54,662 bases of DNA from an uncultured Thermoleophilia bacterium. Lineage in GTDB: Bacteria; Actinomycetota; Thermoleophilia; UBA2241. Below the pieces are notes generated by a model. That model searched no databases, had not been told where the DNA came from, and saw nothing but the letters and a program-made list of their open reading frames with translations. The stretch lies in NCBI GenBank assembly GCA_964545565.1, contig CAZJGT010000002.1:1-54662 (forward strand), read 5' to 3'. Positions within the stretch are counted from its first letter, which is position 1. Every line of letters starts with the position of its first letter. Both the position numbers and the translations under genes were made by a program. Below, piece after piece: positions 1 through 9,340 of this stretch.

Positions 1-2
1 GG

Positions 3-1247
3 CGCCTCCCGCACAGCCTCGACGCCGGCTACGACCGTTTCATCTTCGGCCACGTCGGGGGCGGCCTGGGGCGGCATCTCGCGGCGGCGATGCGCGGCGC
101 CGGGTTTGACGCCTCCTACGTGGGCGAGCCCGACGCGGCTGCCCTGCGCGCCGCCGGGGCGGCCTGCTCCGGCAAGGAGTGCCTGCCGTACCAGCTCATC
201 TGGGGGACCTTCGCCCGCTTTCTCGCCGAGGAGGCGCCGCGCCTGGACGGCAGGAAGGCGCTTTTCCTCAGCGCCGGCAACGGCTTCCAGGCGTGTCGCG
301 CCAACCTCTTCCCGCTCACCGAGCAGATCTCTCTCGACCGACTCGGCCTCGGCGACACCGTCGAGGTCGCGGACTTCAGTCTGGTGACCGCCAACGTCCG
401 CATGATGCCGGTGGTGTGGACAGCGCTGGTCGCCGTCGATCTGCTCAACATGCTGCGCTTCTACAGCTTCGCCGATGAGGCGGAGACCGGTACCGCAGAC
501 ATGCTCTTCGAGGACTTCTCCGGGCGGCTGGAGGCGATGCTCGAGCGGCCCCGGCCGAATGCCGGCGCCGCAGGCAACGTGGCCGGGGCCTTCCGCTTCT
601 GCGGCGAGGTTGAGGACCTCCTCGGCGCCGCGGCCGGTGCGTTCCGCGCCCTGCCTCGCGACGCATCCAGGGCGGCGAGCCTGCGCGACGTCTTCCTCTG
701 CGGCGACCTCTACCTGCGCGTCGACGAGTGGGGTAACGACGGCCTGCAGCGCAAGCTGGCCGACCACGGCCTGCGCGTCATCTTCGAGCCCTACGGCGCC
801 TTCTTCGAGCTGCTGCAGCTGCGCCAGATCCAGGACGGCGTGCCGCTCACGAAGCGGCCGGAGAAGGAGGCGACGCTGGCGACGATGCGCTACATCGTCG
901 GCCGCCTCGTGAAGGCAGTACAGACTGAGCACCCCTGGGTGTTCTGGAACGAGGTGCGCGACGTGGACCGCGAGAGCCGCCGGCTGCTTGCGCCGTATCC
1001 CTTCGGCGAGTCGATCCCGGCGGTCGGCGGAGCCCTGCTCACCTGGCGCACGCAACCCATCGACGGCGTCGTCTCCGTGGCGCCGAGAGGATGTGGGCCG
1101 GCCCTGATCGCCGAAGCACAGCTTCGGCGCGAGGCCGGCCTTCCGGCCCTCTTCGTCTACAACGACGGCGATCCTATCGACGAGGCCCGGTTGGCGGGCT
1201 TCGCCTGGCGGCTCCGCAATCGCCCGCCGCGGCGCGCCCGATCCTGA
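3..1247 (+). CDS. Acyl-CoA dehydratase activase-related protein (DUF2229-like), C-terminal part; 5' end lies outside the window
   Basis: The frame is open from nt 3 (RLPHSLDAGYDRFIFGH...) through the listed 385-aa ORF to the stop at 1245-1247. Third-position G+C is high. By eye it resembles the uncharacterised C-terminal module of BcrAD/HgdC-type activase fusion proteins. Family call is from memory, not searched. Confidence 0.45.
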   Translation, partial: RLPHSLDAGYDRFIFGHVGGGLGRHLAAAMRGAGFDASYVGEPDAAALRAAGAACSGKECLPYQLIWGTFARFLAEEAPRLDGRKALFLSAGNGFQACRANLFPLTEQISLDRLGLGDTVEVADFSLVTANVRMMPVVWTALVAVDLLNMLRFYSFADEAETGTADMLFEDFSGRLEAMLERPRPNAGAAGNVAGAFRFCGEVEDLLGAAAGAFRALPRDASRAASLRDVFLCGDLYLRVDEWGNDGLQRKLADHGLRVIFEPYGAFFELLQLRQIQDGVPLTKRPEKEATLATMRYIVGRLVKAVQTEHPWVFWNEVRDVDRESRRLLAPYPFGESIPAVGGALLTWRTQPIDGVVSVAPRGCGPALIAEAQLRREAGLPALFVYNDGDPIDEARLAGFAWRLRNRPPRRARS

Positions 1248-1297
1248 CGAGCCGCCGGCCGGCAGGCGCCGGGAGCCCTGATACACTCGGTCCTCCC

Positions 1298-2818
1298 ATG
1301 ACCTCGACCCGCGCCGACACGCCGTTCGCCAGCCTTGCCGCCGATGTGTGGCCGCCGGAAGCGATCGAGACGGTCGGCGCCACCTCGCTCGAGCTGCTGG
1401 CGCGGATCGGGGTGCAGGTGGACTCGCCGGCGGCGACGGACTTGCTGGCGGCGGCAGGGTGCACTCCCGGTCCGCGGGGCCGGATGCTGCTGCCGCAGGC
1501 GACTGTCGCCGCGGCGCTGGAGGCCTGCCGCGGCGACTACACGATGCTCGCACGTGACCCGGTCCGTGACGTGCGGGTAGGGGCGGCACCCGGTCGCGTG
1601 CACGTGCACAACATGGGGGAAGCTCCAGACATGGCCGACGCGCGCACCGGCGTGGCCCGTCGCGCCACCTTCGCCGACCAGGTGCGCGCGGCGCGCGTCC
1701 TGCACCACGGGCGCTACCCCGACACCATCAACAGCCTGGTCACGCCCGGGGACGTCCCCTCCGCGCTGCATCCTCTCTACTCGTACTTCGCGATCGCCTC
1801 GGAGACGGACAAGCCGGTCGGCGGGCCGGGTCAGGACGCCGCCTGGCAGACGCCCGTGCTCGCTCGCATGGCCGGCATCGTGCTTGCCTCTCGCGACACG
1901 TCGGAGCCCGGCGCCGTCGCCCTCGACATGGGTTACTCGCCGGTGAGTCCGCTGCATCTCAGCGCTGGGGTCTGCGACGGCATCATCGCGGCGGCGCGGC
2001 AAGGCATGGGAGTGCAGCCGCTCACCAATCCCGTCGCCGGCACGACGGCGCCGGCCTCGATGGCCGCCGCGCTCGCCCAGCAGGATGCGGAGATCCTCGC
2101 CGGCGTCGTCCTCGCCCAGTCGGCCGCGCCGGGTACGGCCTGCAGCTACGGCGCCCGACTCTCGCTCGCCGACCCGCGCAGCGGGCAGCTGCTCACCGGC
2201 GCCGGGGCGTGGGCGGCGGCGTCGATCGGCGCCACTCTTCTGGCGCGACGGCATGGTCTCGCCTGCGACTGCTACGGCCCCGACACGTCCGGTCTGGTCG
2301 TCGACGTGCAGACCGGCTATCAGTACGGCGTGCCGGCGACGGCCACGTCCTTGGCCCGACCCTGCTTCATGTCGGGTATCGGCGCCTGGGGAGACACCAC
2401 CACCTGTCTCGAGCTGCTGGTGATCGGCGATGCGGTGTACCGTCTGGCACTCGACGCTCTGGAGCCGCCGGCGTGGGACGAGGACGCGCTCGACGTCGAC
2501 GCGATCATCGAGGGCGTCACCTCTCCCTCCGGTTTTCTCGCCACCCGGCACACCCGGCGCTGGGCGCGCCGGGCACGGGCCTCTGAGGAGTTGAGCTGGC
2601 GTGGCGGCGAAGGGGAGTGGGTGGCCGCAGGCCGTCTCGACGGCCTCGAGCTGGCGCGGGCGCAGGTCGCGGAGCGGCTGGCGCGCGCTCCTGTCGGTTT
2701 GCCTGCCGACGTCGAGGCCGAGCTGTGCCGCCTCATCGACGAGGCGGCGGCACGGCTCGGCCTGTCCGATCACCCGGATCCTCGACGGCTGCTCGAGGAG
2801 GCTCGCAGCCGGGCCTGA
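1298..2818 (+). CDS. MttB-superfamily methyltransferase, non-pyrrolysine type (quaternary-amine:corrinoid methyltransferase-like)
   Basis: Listed ORF 1091..2818 trimmed to ATG 1298 (MTSTRADTPF...), just after the upstream stop. 506 aa, with size and collinear sequence typical of the trimethylamine methyltransferase MttB family. No internal TAG. Confidence 0.75.
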   Translation: MTSTRADTPFASLAADVWPPEAIETVGATSLELLARIGVQVDSPAATDLLAAAGCTPGPRGRMLLPQATVAAALEACRGDYTMLARDPVRDVRVGAAPGRVHVHNMGEAPDMADARTGVARRATFADQVRAARVLHHGRYPDTINSLVTPGDVPSALHPLYSYFAIASETDKPVGGPGQDAAWQTPVLARMAGIVLASRDTSEPGAVALDMGYSPVSPLHLSAGVCDGIIAAARQGMGVQPLTNPVAGTTAPASMAAALAQQDAEILAGVVLAQSAAPGTACSYGARLSLADPRSGQLLTGAGAWAAASIGATLLARRHGLACDCYGPDTSGLVVDVQTGYQYGVPATATSLARPCFMSGIGAWGDTTTCLELLVIGDAVYRLALDALEPPAWDEDALDVDAIIEGVTSPSGFLATRHTRRWARRARASEELSWRGGEGEWVAAGRLDGLELARAQVAERLARAPVGLPADVEAELCRLIDEAAARLGLSDHPDPRRLLEEARSRA

Positions 2819-2825
2819 GCTTCGC

Positions 2826-4082
2826 CTATCGCATCTCCTCCCCCATCCAGCTGCGCAGTAGCGGGAAGAGCGCAGCGCCGAGCAGGCCGGCGGCGGCGAT
2901 CGCCACGAACGCGCCGCGTCCGCCGAGCGTGTCCAGGGCCCAGCCGCCGACGAGCGGGCCCAGCGCGTAGCCGCCGATGTACACGAACGTCCACACGCCC
3001 ATGTAGCGGCCGCGCAGTCGTGCCGGCGCCAGACGGGAGACGACGGTGGACGAGATCGGGATGAGGAGGACGACGCCGACGCTCATCACGACGATGCAGG
3101 GGAGGGTCCACGGCCAGGGGAGGAAGGCCGCAAGCCCCATCCCCAAGCCTTGGGCGACGCAGCCGAGCGAGAGGAGCAGCATGGGATCACGGTGGCGCAG
3201 CGCGCGGACCACCGGGTACTGCATGACCACCATGCACACGCCGTAGACGCTGAGCGCGATGCTCCACCTCGTGGCGCTCACCGCGTGCAGGTCGGCGAGC
3301 ATCACCGGCAGTGTGATCAGGATCTGGCCGAAGCCGTACAGCGGGAGCAGCGCGACGAGGCTGAAGACCACCATGCGCCGGTCGCGGAGGACCAGCCCGT
3401 AGCCACGGAAGGTGGCCGCGACGGACACGGTCCGCACGTCGTGCGGGCGGCTCTCGCGCAGCAGGACGAGCACCATCACGAAGACGATGCCGCAGACGGC
3501 GCCGGACGCCAGGAAGTTGAGCCGAAACGACGGGTCGGCGGCGAGCAGCGGCAGGGCGAGCAGGGGGGCGATCACGGCGCCGGCGTTGAGAGCCACCCGC
3601 GAGACGCTGTACGCCTCCGCCCGACCTTCCGGCGGCGTCAGGTCGGCGACCATGGCGTTGCTCGAGGTGATGAACTGCGCCCACCCGAAGGCAGCCTCGA
3701 AGGTGATCAGCGCGACGATCACGCCGAGGTCGCGTGTGAGGCCGAGGCCGGTGTACAGCGTCATACTGCCGAGCATGGCTATCAGCAGCACGGCTCGCCG
3801 CCCGAGCTTGTCGCACAGGGCCCCGCCGACCACGTGCATCGGCAGCGTCGCGAACATGGTCGCGCCGAGGATGAGCCCGACCGTGGTCATCGACACGTCG
3901 AGTCGGCTGTTGAGGTAGAGGGCCTCGTACGGGTAGCTCATGTCGACGCCGATGAGGTACACGAAGATCGCCGCGGCGAGCAGCCAGAACTGCCGCGGCA
4001 GGACCTTGAGGTCGGCGACGACTCGCGCGATACGACCTGCGGGCACCGGGCGTCCCCCCTCCGGTCGGCGGTGCCGGCCCAT
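2826..4082 (-). CDS. MFS transporter
   Basis: Listed ORF 2826..4532 trimmed to ATG 4082 (MGRHRRPEGG...). 418 aa with about 12 hydrophobic helices and an MFS loop motif (CDKLGRR). The part upstream of 4082 is antisense to the pirin gene and does not look coding. Confidence 0.85.
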   Translation of the reverse strand: MGRHRRPEGGRPVPAGRIARVVADLKVLPRQFWLLAAAIFVYLIGVDMSYPYEALYLNSRLDVSMTTVGLILGATMFATLPMHVVGGALCDKLGRRAVLLIAMLGSMTLYTGLGLTRDLGVIVALITFEAAFGWAQFITSSNAMVADLTPPEGRAEAYSVSRVALNAGAVIAPLLALPLLAADPSFRLNFLASGAVCGIVFVMVLVLLRESRPHDVRTVSVAATFRGYGLVLRDRRMVVFSLVALLPLYGFGQILITLPVMLADLHAVSATRWSIALSVYGVCMVVMQYPVVRALRHRDPMLLLSLGCVAQGLGMGLAAFLPWPWTLPCIVVMSVGVVLLIPISSTVVSRLAPARLRGRYMGVWTFVYIGGYALGPLVGGWALDTLGGRGAFVAIAAAGLLGAALFPLLRSWMGEEMR

Positions 4083-4184
4083 GCTACAGGTGGGCGCACG
4101 CGCGGGCGAGCGACACGGCGACGGTTTCCGGACGCCCAGCCCGGGAACGGTGTCGGCACGAGCGTCGATCCGGAGGAGCATGGT

Positions 4185-5126
4185 ATGAGCGAGCACACAC
4201 GCACGGTCGAGCGGATCGTCGTCCCGCAGCCGGTCATCGAGGGCGCCGGGGTGCGGCTGAAGCGCAGCGTCGCCACCCCGACATTGGACTACGTCGACCC
4301 GTTTCTGCTCTTCGACCACTTCGGCTCGCACGACCCCGACGACTACCTGGCGGGGTTTCCCTGGCACCCGCACCGCGGCATCGAGACCGTCACCTACATG
4401 CTGGCCGGAGAGGTCGAGCACCGCGACAGCATCGGCAACGCGGGGGTGATCGGCGCCGGGGATGTCCAGTGGATGACGGCCGGCGGCGGCATCATGCACG
4501 AAGAGATGCCACGGGCGTCCGCAGACGGCCACATGGAGGGTTTCCAGCTCTGGGTCAACCTGCCGGCCGATCTCAAGATGTCACACCCGCGCTACCAGGA
4601 TCTGAGCGCCGCGCAGATACCGGAGATCCGGCGCGATGACGGGACGGTGGTCCGCATCGTCGCCGGGGAGGTGGACCACGTGAGCGGCGCGGTCACGGAG
4701 ATCCGCGCCGAGCCCGAGTATCTCGACGTCTCACTGCCGGCCGGGGCGCACTTCTCGCAGCCGGTGCCGAAGGGACACGCGGCCCTCGCGTACGCCTTCG
4801 AGGGCGAGGGCCGCTTCGGCGTCGGCTGCGACCTCGGCTATCGCGGCGACCTCGACGGCGTCTTGCTGGCTGCTCCGCAGATGGCCGTGTTCGGCGACGG
4901 CGATGAGGTCCGCGTGGTGGCGGACGACGCCCCGGTGCGCTTTCTGCTCGTGAGCGGCAAGCCGCTGGGCGAGCCGATCGCCCGGTACGGGCCGTTCGTG
5001 ATGAACACCCGCGAGGAGCTGCGCATCGCGCTGCGCGATCTGCAGGACGACACCTTCGTGTGGCGCGACGACTCCGAATGGGCGGCGAGTCGCCGCCTGT
5101 GGTCGCCGGGTCTCCGGGAGCGGTGA
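4185..5126 (+). CDS. Pirin family protein
   Basis: Listed ORF 3150..5126 trimmed to ATG 4185, preceded by GGAGGAG. 313 aa bicupin with the pirin His signature (FPWHPHRGIETVTY). Confidence 0.9.
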   Translation: MSEHTRTVERIVVPQPVIEGAGVRLKRSVATPTLDYVDPFLLFDHFGSHDPDDYLAGFPWHPHRGIETVTYMLAGEVEHRDSIGNAGVIGAGDVQWMTAGGGIMHEEMPRASADGHMEGFQLWVNLPADLKMSHPRYQDLSAAQIPEIRRDDGTVVRIVAGEVDHVSGAVTEIRAEPEYLDVSLPAGAHFSQPVPKGHAALAYAFEGEGRFGVGCDLGYRGDLDGVLLAAPQMAVFGDGDEVRVVADDAPVRFLLVSGKPLGEPIARYGPFVMNTREELRIALRDLQDDTFVWRDDSEWAASRRLWSPGLRER

Positions 5127-5145
5127 GGCGCGGTCTGCGGCGGTC

Positions 5146-6018
5146 TCAGGGCAGAGACGCCCCGGCGCGCCCGGCGCCGTCGGTCTCCCGGCGAGCCCGT
5201 GCCGTCCGCATGCCGACCTCGGCGACCACCGGCCAATGGTCCGAGGGCAGCCGCCCGTTCGGCCGGGTGTGGTCGATGTACGCTTCAAGCACGTCCCAAT
5301 GGCCGTCCGTGAGGACGTAGTCGATGCGCGTGCCCGCGGTGGAGCCGTCCCAGGGATGGTGCGTCGCGGCCAGCGGCCCGCGCTCGCCCAGCTCGGCGAG
5401 TGTGTCGCGCAGGCCGGCGGCGACCAGGCGCGCGACGGCCGGGTCTGCGGCCGTCGCGTTGAGGTCGCCGAGCACGATCCACGGCAGCGCCGGATCGAGC
5501 CAGCCGAGCAACGCGTTGGCGCTGCGCAGCCGGGACACGGCGGAAGCGCCGTCCCAGTGCGCGTTGGCGACCCCGAAGCGATCTCCCGTGCGCAGGTCCG
5601 AGAACCGGCAGAGCGTGACGAGGCGGGTGATCGGGTTGCCCCATGAGCGCGAGCCCGGCGTGGACGGCGCGTCCGAGAACCAGCGGACCGTCCACGCTTC
5701 GAGACGCAGCCGGGAGCTGAGATACGCGACCGTGCAGCGTTCGCCTCGGCGGCGTCCGTCGGTGCGGCCGACGCCGACGCCGGCGTACCCGGGCAGCCGG
5801 CGCGCCAATCCATGCTCCTGGAAGCCGCGGACCTCCTGGAGGCCGACCACGTCGGCGGCGAGCGCGGCGATGGCTGCGGCGCAGGTGCCGGCCCGGAACG
5901 GCCAAGAGCGGCGCCCGTCCCAGCCGAGGCCCGTGCGCACGTTGAAGGTCGCGACGCGCAGGGGACCGGGCGATCGCGATCGCCCGGTCCCCTGCGCGTC
6001 GCGTGCCGCCAGGCTCAC
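5146..6018 (-). CDS. Endonuclease/exonuclease/phosphatase (EEP) family protein
   Basis: 290-aa ORF. The GTG start overlaps the upstream stop (GTGA). N-terminal ATFNV...LQEV and C-terminal IDYVL...SDHWPV motifs are typical of the EEP fold. Confidence 0.8.
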   Translation of the reverse strand: MSLAARDAQGTGRSRSPGPLRVATFNVRTGLGWDGRRSWPFRAGTCAAAIAALAADVVGLQEVRGFQEHGLARRLPGYAGVGVGRTDGRRRGERCTVAYLSSRLRLEAWTVRWFSDAPSTPGSRSWGNPITRLVTLCRFSDLRTGDRFGVANAHWDGASAVSRLRSANALLGWLDPALPWIVLGDLNATAADPAVARLVAAGLRDTLAELGERGPLAATHHPWDGSTAGTRIDYVLTDGHWDVLEAYIDHTRPNGRLPSDHWPVVAEVGMRTARARRETDGAGRAGASLP

Positions 6019-6443
6019 GTCGGGAAGTGATGTCGCCAGAAGGTCGTGTCGTTCTCGCTGCTGAGGCGTACGTGGCGCGGGGGGTCACCCTTGCGGCCGG
6101 CCTCGTGCTCCAGGGCCGTCTTCTCAGCGTCTGTCGGCGTTCTGTGCGGGCCGGTGCGTTCGACGTAGTCCTTGAAGACAACGAGATCGTGGCTGATCCG
6201 ACGCTTGAGCTCCTGCGGCGCCGGACCCCCTGGGACTTCCTCAAGGCGGAACGTGACGGTGGTCCTGCCGTTCGCGGCCGGTTGAAAACTGACGAGGCCG
6301 GATCGAACGGCGTCGACACAGGCGAACTCGTGGCAAAGCAGGTGCCCGGGCCCAGCGTTGGCCCAACGGACGAACCGGCTCCACGTGGCTTTCACGTCTT
6401 CTCGCTTCGCGTCTACCCGGATCTGCTGTTGAATGGTGGCCAT
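6015..6443 (-). CDS. SRPBCC/START-like small protein (polyketide-cyclase-like fold) with low-complexity C-terminus
   Basis: Listed ORF 6015..6581 trimmed to ATG 6443 (MATIQQQIRVDAKREDV...), 142 aa. Its stop overlaps the EEP start, which implies co-translation. Fold assignment is by eye only. Confidence 0.55.
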   Translation of the reverse strand: MATIQQQIRVDAKREDVKATWSRFVRWANAGPGHLLCHEFACVDAVRSGLVSFQPAANGRTTVTFRLEEVPGGPAPQELKRRISHDLVVFKDYVERTGPHRTPTDAEKTALEHEAGRKGDPPRHVRLSSENDTTFWRHHFPT

Positions 6444-6495
6444 AAGGCAACGCTCCGTCTGCTGCGCGCGTGGCACATGCGCTAGGCTTAAATAC

Positions 6496-6626
6496 CCGCG
6501 GAGGGTGCACGGGAACCCGGCCGGATCGGATCGGGAAGCGTGCTTCTGGGTGAGCCGCCGGACCGGGCAGGGTTTGGCCATACCGCTCCGCGGTCACCGT
6601 ACTGCCAGAGAAGGGAAGGCCCGGCA
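6496..6626 (+). other. Candidate structured 5' leader of the MBL-hydrolase gene
   Basis: Long-range 8-bp complement CCGCGGAG (6496-6503) / CTCCGCGG (6586-6593). Inner helix GCACG (6507-6511) / CGTGC (6539-6543). A 3' hairpin CTGCC...GGCAG (6602-6626) encloses the purine tract AGAGAAGGGAAGG. I recognise no known riboswitch core. Confidence 0.2.
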
Positions 6627-6634
6627 GCGAGGCC

Positions 6635-7582
6635 ATGAAGCATATCGCCGACCCGTCGGCAGGACGGACCCCGAGACCGATGCAGACGCGACCCGCCCGC
6701 GCGGGCGGGAGGGTCACGGACGTACGCGTCACGTTCCTCGGGCACGCGTCGACGGTCATCGAGATGGACGGCGTGCGCCTCGTTACCGACCCGGTGCTGC
6801 GCCGGACCGTCGGTCCACTCTACCGGCGCGTCCCGCAGCCGCTCACCGAGCCGGTCAACGATCCGGACGTCATCCTGATCTCGCACCTCCACCTCGACCA
6901 CTACGACCCGCGGTCGCTGCGGCTCTTCCGCCGCGACACCCCGATCCTCGCACCGGTCGGAGCCGGGCTCTCGTTGCATTGGCGCGGGTTTCGCGACATC
7001 CACGAGATCGCACCCGGCGAGCGGGTGAGCATCGGGTCCGTGGAGGTGGTCGGCACGGACGCGAAGCACAAGGGCACGCGGCATCCTCTGGCGGCGCGTA
7101 CGCCCAGCCTGGGCTATGTGGTGTCCGGCACGAGGAGCATCTACTTCGCCGGCGACACGGGGTTCTTCTCGGGCATCGCCGGCGTATGGCCGGAGCGGCT
7201 CGACCTCGCCATGCTGCCGATCGCCGGCATCGGCCCGCTCATGCCGGAGTTCAAGCACATGAGTCCCCGGCATGCGGTCATGGCGATGGAACTGCTGCGG
7301 CCGCGCCTCGTCGTGCCCATCCACTGGGGGACCTATCATCTGCCGGGCACGGCGCTCTTCCGGATGAGGCCCGACTTCCACAGACGGGCGCCCTACCTGT
7401 TCATGGCGCAGGCCGCCGCGCTCGAGCCCGACGTGCACACGGTCGTGTTGCGGCCCGGCGAGAGGCTCCTCCTGGAAGAGGCGCTCGCCGCGCACGCAGG
7501 CCGCGCTGAACGCGACGCGGCGCATCTGCAGGAGCCCGCCGGGCCCACGGGGACGGCCGGCCCCGGCGGCAGATTCCAGTGA
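6635..7582 (+). CDS. MBL-fold metallo-hydrolase
   Basis: 315-aa ORF with an HLHLDHYD (HxHxDH) motif and downstream ligand blocks (DAKHKG, AGDTG, PIHWGT). The start could also be ATG 6680. Confidence 0.8.
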   Translation: MKHIADPSAGRTPRPMQTRPARAGGRVTDVRVTFLGHASTVIEMDGVRLVTDPVLRRTVGPLYRRVPQPLTEPVNDPDVILISHLHLDHYDPRSLRLFRRDTPILAPVGAGLSLHWRGFRDIHEIAPGERVSIGSVEVVGTDAKHKGTRHPLAARTPSLGYVVSGTRSIYFAGDTGFFSGIAGVWPERLDLAMLPIAGIGPLMPEFKHMSPRHAVMAMELLRPRLVVPIHWGTYHLPGTALFRMRPDFHRRAPYLFMAQAAALEPDVHTVVLRPGERLLLEEALAAHAGRAERDAAHLQEPAGPTGTAGPGGRFQ

Positions 7583-7667
7583 AGCCCGGCGACCACTGGC
7601 GTGCAAGCCCGGACGGGTGGATGATAGACGTCCTGACAGGCGTTCGCACGGAGTCCCGAGGAGGGTG

Positions 7668-8192
7668 ATGACGAAGTCGCGTGAGGATGTGCGCATCGGC
7701 GTGATCTCCGATACGCACGGCTATCTCGATCCGCAGGTCCTTGAGGCGTTCGCCGGCGTCGACCACATCATCCATGCCGGTGACATCATGGATGCCGCGA
7801 CCCTCGAGGCGTTGGCCGTCGTCGCGCCGGTGACCGCCGTGTCCGGCAACATGGACGACGGCAAGCTGGGCAAGCTGCCGCGAGAGGTCGCGGGCAAGGT
7901 CGGCAGCGTGCGTTTCGTCGTCGGTCACAAGCGCAAGCGCCTGCTCAAGCGCCTTTCGCTCGGCAAGGTCGAGGGGGTCGCCAAGCACGACATGCCGGAT
8001 CTCGTCGTCTGCGGGCACGACCACCTGCCGGCCGTCGAGTGGGTGGACGGCGCGCTCTTCCTGAATCCGGGGTCGGCCAGCGCTCCGCACGAGGAGGACG
8101 ACGACCCGACGATCGCCGTCGTTGAGCCCGGCCCCGCGGGCCTCGGCGTGCGGTTCATCCGTCTGGCCCACCGCCACGGGGACGAGAGCTGA
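7668..8192 (+). CDS. YfcE/MJ0936-family metallophosphoesterase
   Basis: ORF 7617..8192 trimmed to ATG 7668 behind GAGGAGGG. Calcineurin-like blocks are present: DTHG, AGD, GNMD, GH and GHDH. Confidence 0.8.
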   Translation: MTKSREDVRIGVISDTHGYLDPQVLEAFAGVDHIIHAGDIMDAATLEALAVVAPVTAVSGNMDDGKLGKLPREVAGKVGSVRFVVGHKRKRLLKRLSLGKVEGVAKHDMPDLVVCGHDHLPAVEWVDGALFLNPGSASAPHEEDDDPTIAVVEPGPAGLGVRFIRLAHRHGDES

Positions 8193-8199
8193 GGCTCGC

Positions 8200-8661
8200 G
8201 TGACGACACACACCGTCTACAAGACCTTCCACGTCGAGCGGCGACGCGCGTTCGTGCGGATCACCGAGGACGTGCAGCAGGCAGTCGACGACAGCGGCAT
8301 CAGTGAGGGCATGGTGCTGGTCGCGGCGATGCACATCACCGCGGGCGTATGGATCAACGACGACGAGCCCGGCCTGCAGGAAGATGCGCTCGAGTGGCTG
8401 GACAAGCTGGCGCCGCCGTCATGGCAGCCACCCGACGGCGAGGTGGCGCGGCAGCTGCTCCCGGACGGCGGCGACTACAGGCACCACCGCGGCGGCGAGG
8501 ACAACGGCGACGCGCATCTCAAGAACCTGCTGGTGCACCACCAGGTCATCGTCCCGGTGACCGGGGGGCGCCTGGACCTCGGGCCGTGGCAGGCGGTCTT
8601 CTACTGCGAGTTCGATGGGCGGCGCGACAAGAGACTGATCATCAAGGTGCTCGGGGAATAA
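8200..8661 (+). CDS. yjbQ: YjbQ/UPF0047 family protein (secondary thiamine-phosphate synthase-like)
   Basis: ORF 8122..8661 trimmed to GTG 8200 ([12 protein letters not shown]...), 153 aa. Family pattern includes [21 protein letters not shown] and [13 protein letters not shown]. Confidence 0.75.
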   Translation: MTTHTVYKTFHVERRRAFVRITEDVQQAVDDSGISEGMVLVAAMHITAGVWINDDEPGLQEDALEWLDKLAPPSWQPPDGEVARQLLPDGGDYRHHRGGEDNGDAHLKNLLVHHQVIVPVTGGRLDLGPWQAVFYCEFDGRRDKRLIIKVLGE

Positions 8662-8708
8662 GCCCCGGGCGAAGGCCACCGACAGCTACGAGATAGAGGG
8701 AGACACAG

Positions 8709-9290
8709 ATGAACGAGCAAGGGAGCGATCCCGGACGACCGCGTCCCGAGGTCCTGAGCGAGACAGTGGTGGTGGTCGGCGGCTCCGGCCAGTTGGCGCA
8801 CCGGGTCTGGGGCCTCGTGCTGGCCGTGGGCGTCATCGCCGTGGTCTTCGGCATCATCGTCCTCGCCAACATCTGGGCCAGCGTGCACCTTGTGGCGATC
8901 TTCGCCGGGCTGTTCCTGCTCTTCGCCGGCATCCTGCAGTTCTTCGCCGGCGGGGGCAGCCGCGGCGGCCGCATCGTCGCCGGCGTCGTGGCGATCATCG
9001 CCGGCATCATGCTCATCGTCTGGCCCGAAGCCTCCATCAAGACCGTCGCGGTGATCGTCGGTCTCTCGTTCCTGTTCTCGGGCATCGCCGTCGCCGTCGC
9101 GGCAATCGCCGGGCGCCGCGAGGGCTATGGCGTGGTGACCGGCTTCGGTTTCATCCTCGCCGTCGTCGGCATCGTCTTCATCGCCTGGCCGGGTCCGACA
9201 GTCACGCTGCTCATGGTCCTGGTCGGCCTGAGCGCGATCCTGTTCGGCATCTCGGCCATCGTCCAGGGTCTTGCACTGCGCAAAGCGTGA
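8709..9290 (+). CDS. HdeD/DUF308 family membrane protein
   Basis: 193-aa ORF with six Gly-rich hydrophobic helices showing the repeated (I/V)xGIxxIxxG pattern. RBS AGAGGGAG lies upstream. Confidence 0.7.
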   Translation: MNEQGSDPGRPRPEVLSETVVVVGGSGQLAHRVWGLVLAVGVIAVVFGIIVLANIWASVHLVAIFAGLFLLFAGILQFFAGGGSRGGRIVAGVVAIIAGIMLIVWPEASIKTVAVIVGLSFLFSGIAVAVAAIAGRREGYGVVTGFGFILAVVGIVFIAWPGPTVTLLMVLVGLSAILFGISAIVQGLALRKA

Positions 9291-9340
9291 CCGTGCGCCG
9301 GGGCCTGGGAAGTCGAGTGCCGGCGCAGGCGTCCCCCAGC

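Noticed and set aside
1157-2773. 538-aa minus-strand ORF opposite the MttB-family gene
   Set aside because: Low-complexity Arg/Gly/Pro composition, no motifs, and fully antisense to a gene with strong family resemblance. It is a GC artefact.
6490-6630. Cobalamin riboswitch call for the MBL-hydrolase leader
   Set aside because: GGTGC, GGGAA and GGGAAGGC-like elements are present. The conserved GCCACTG core and the B12 box (AGYCMGGAGACCKGCC-like) are absent, and the downstream genes are not B12-related. I retained it only as an unclassified structured-leader candidate.
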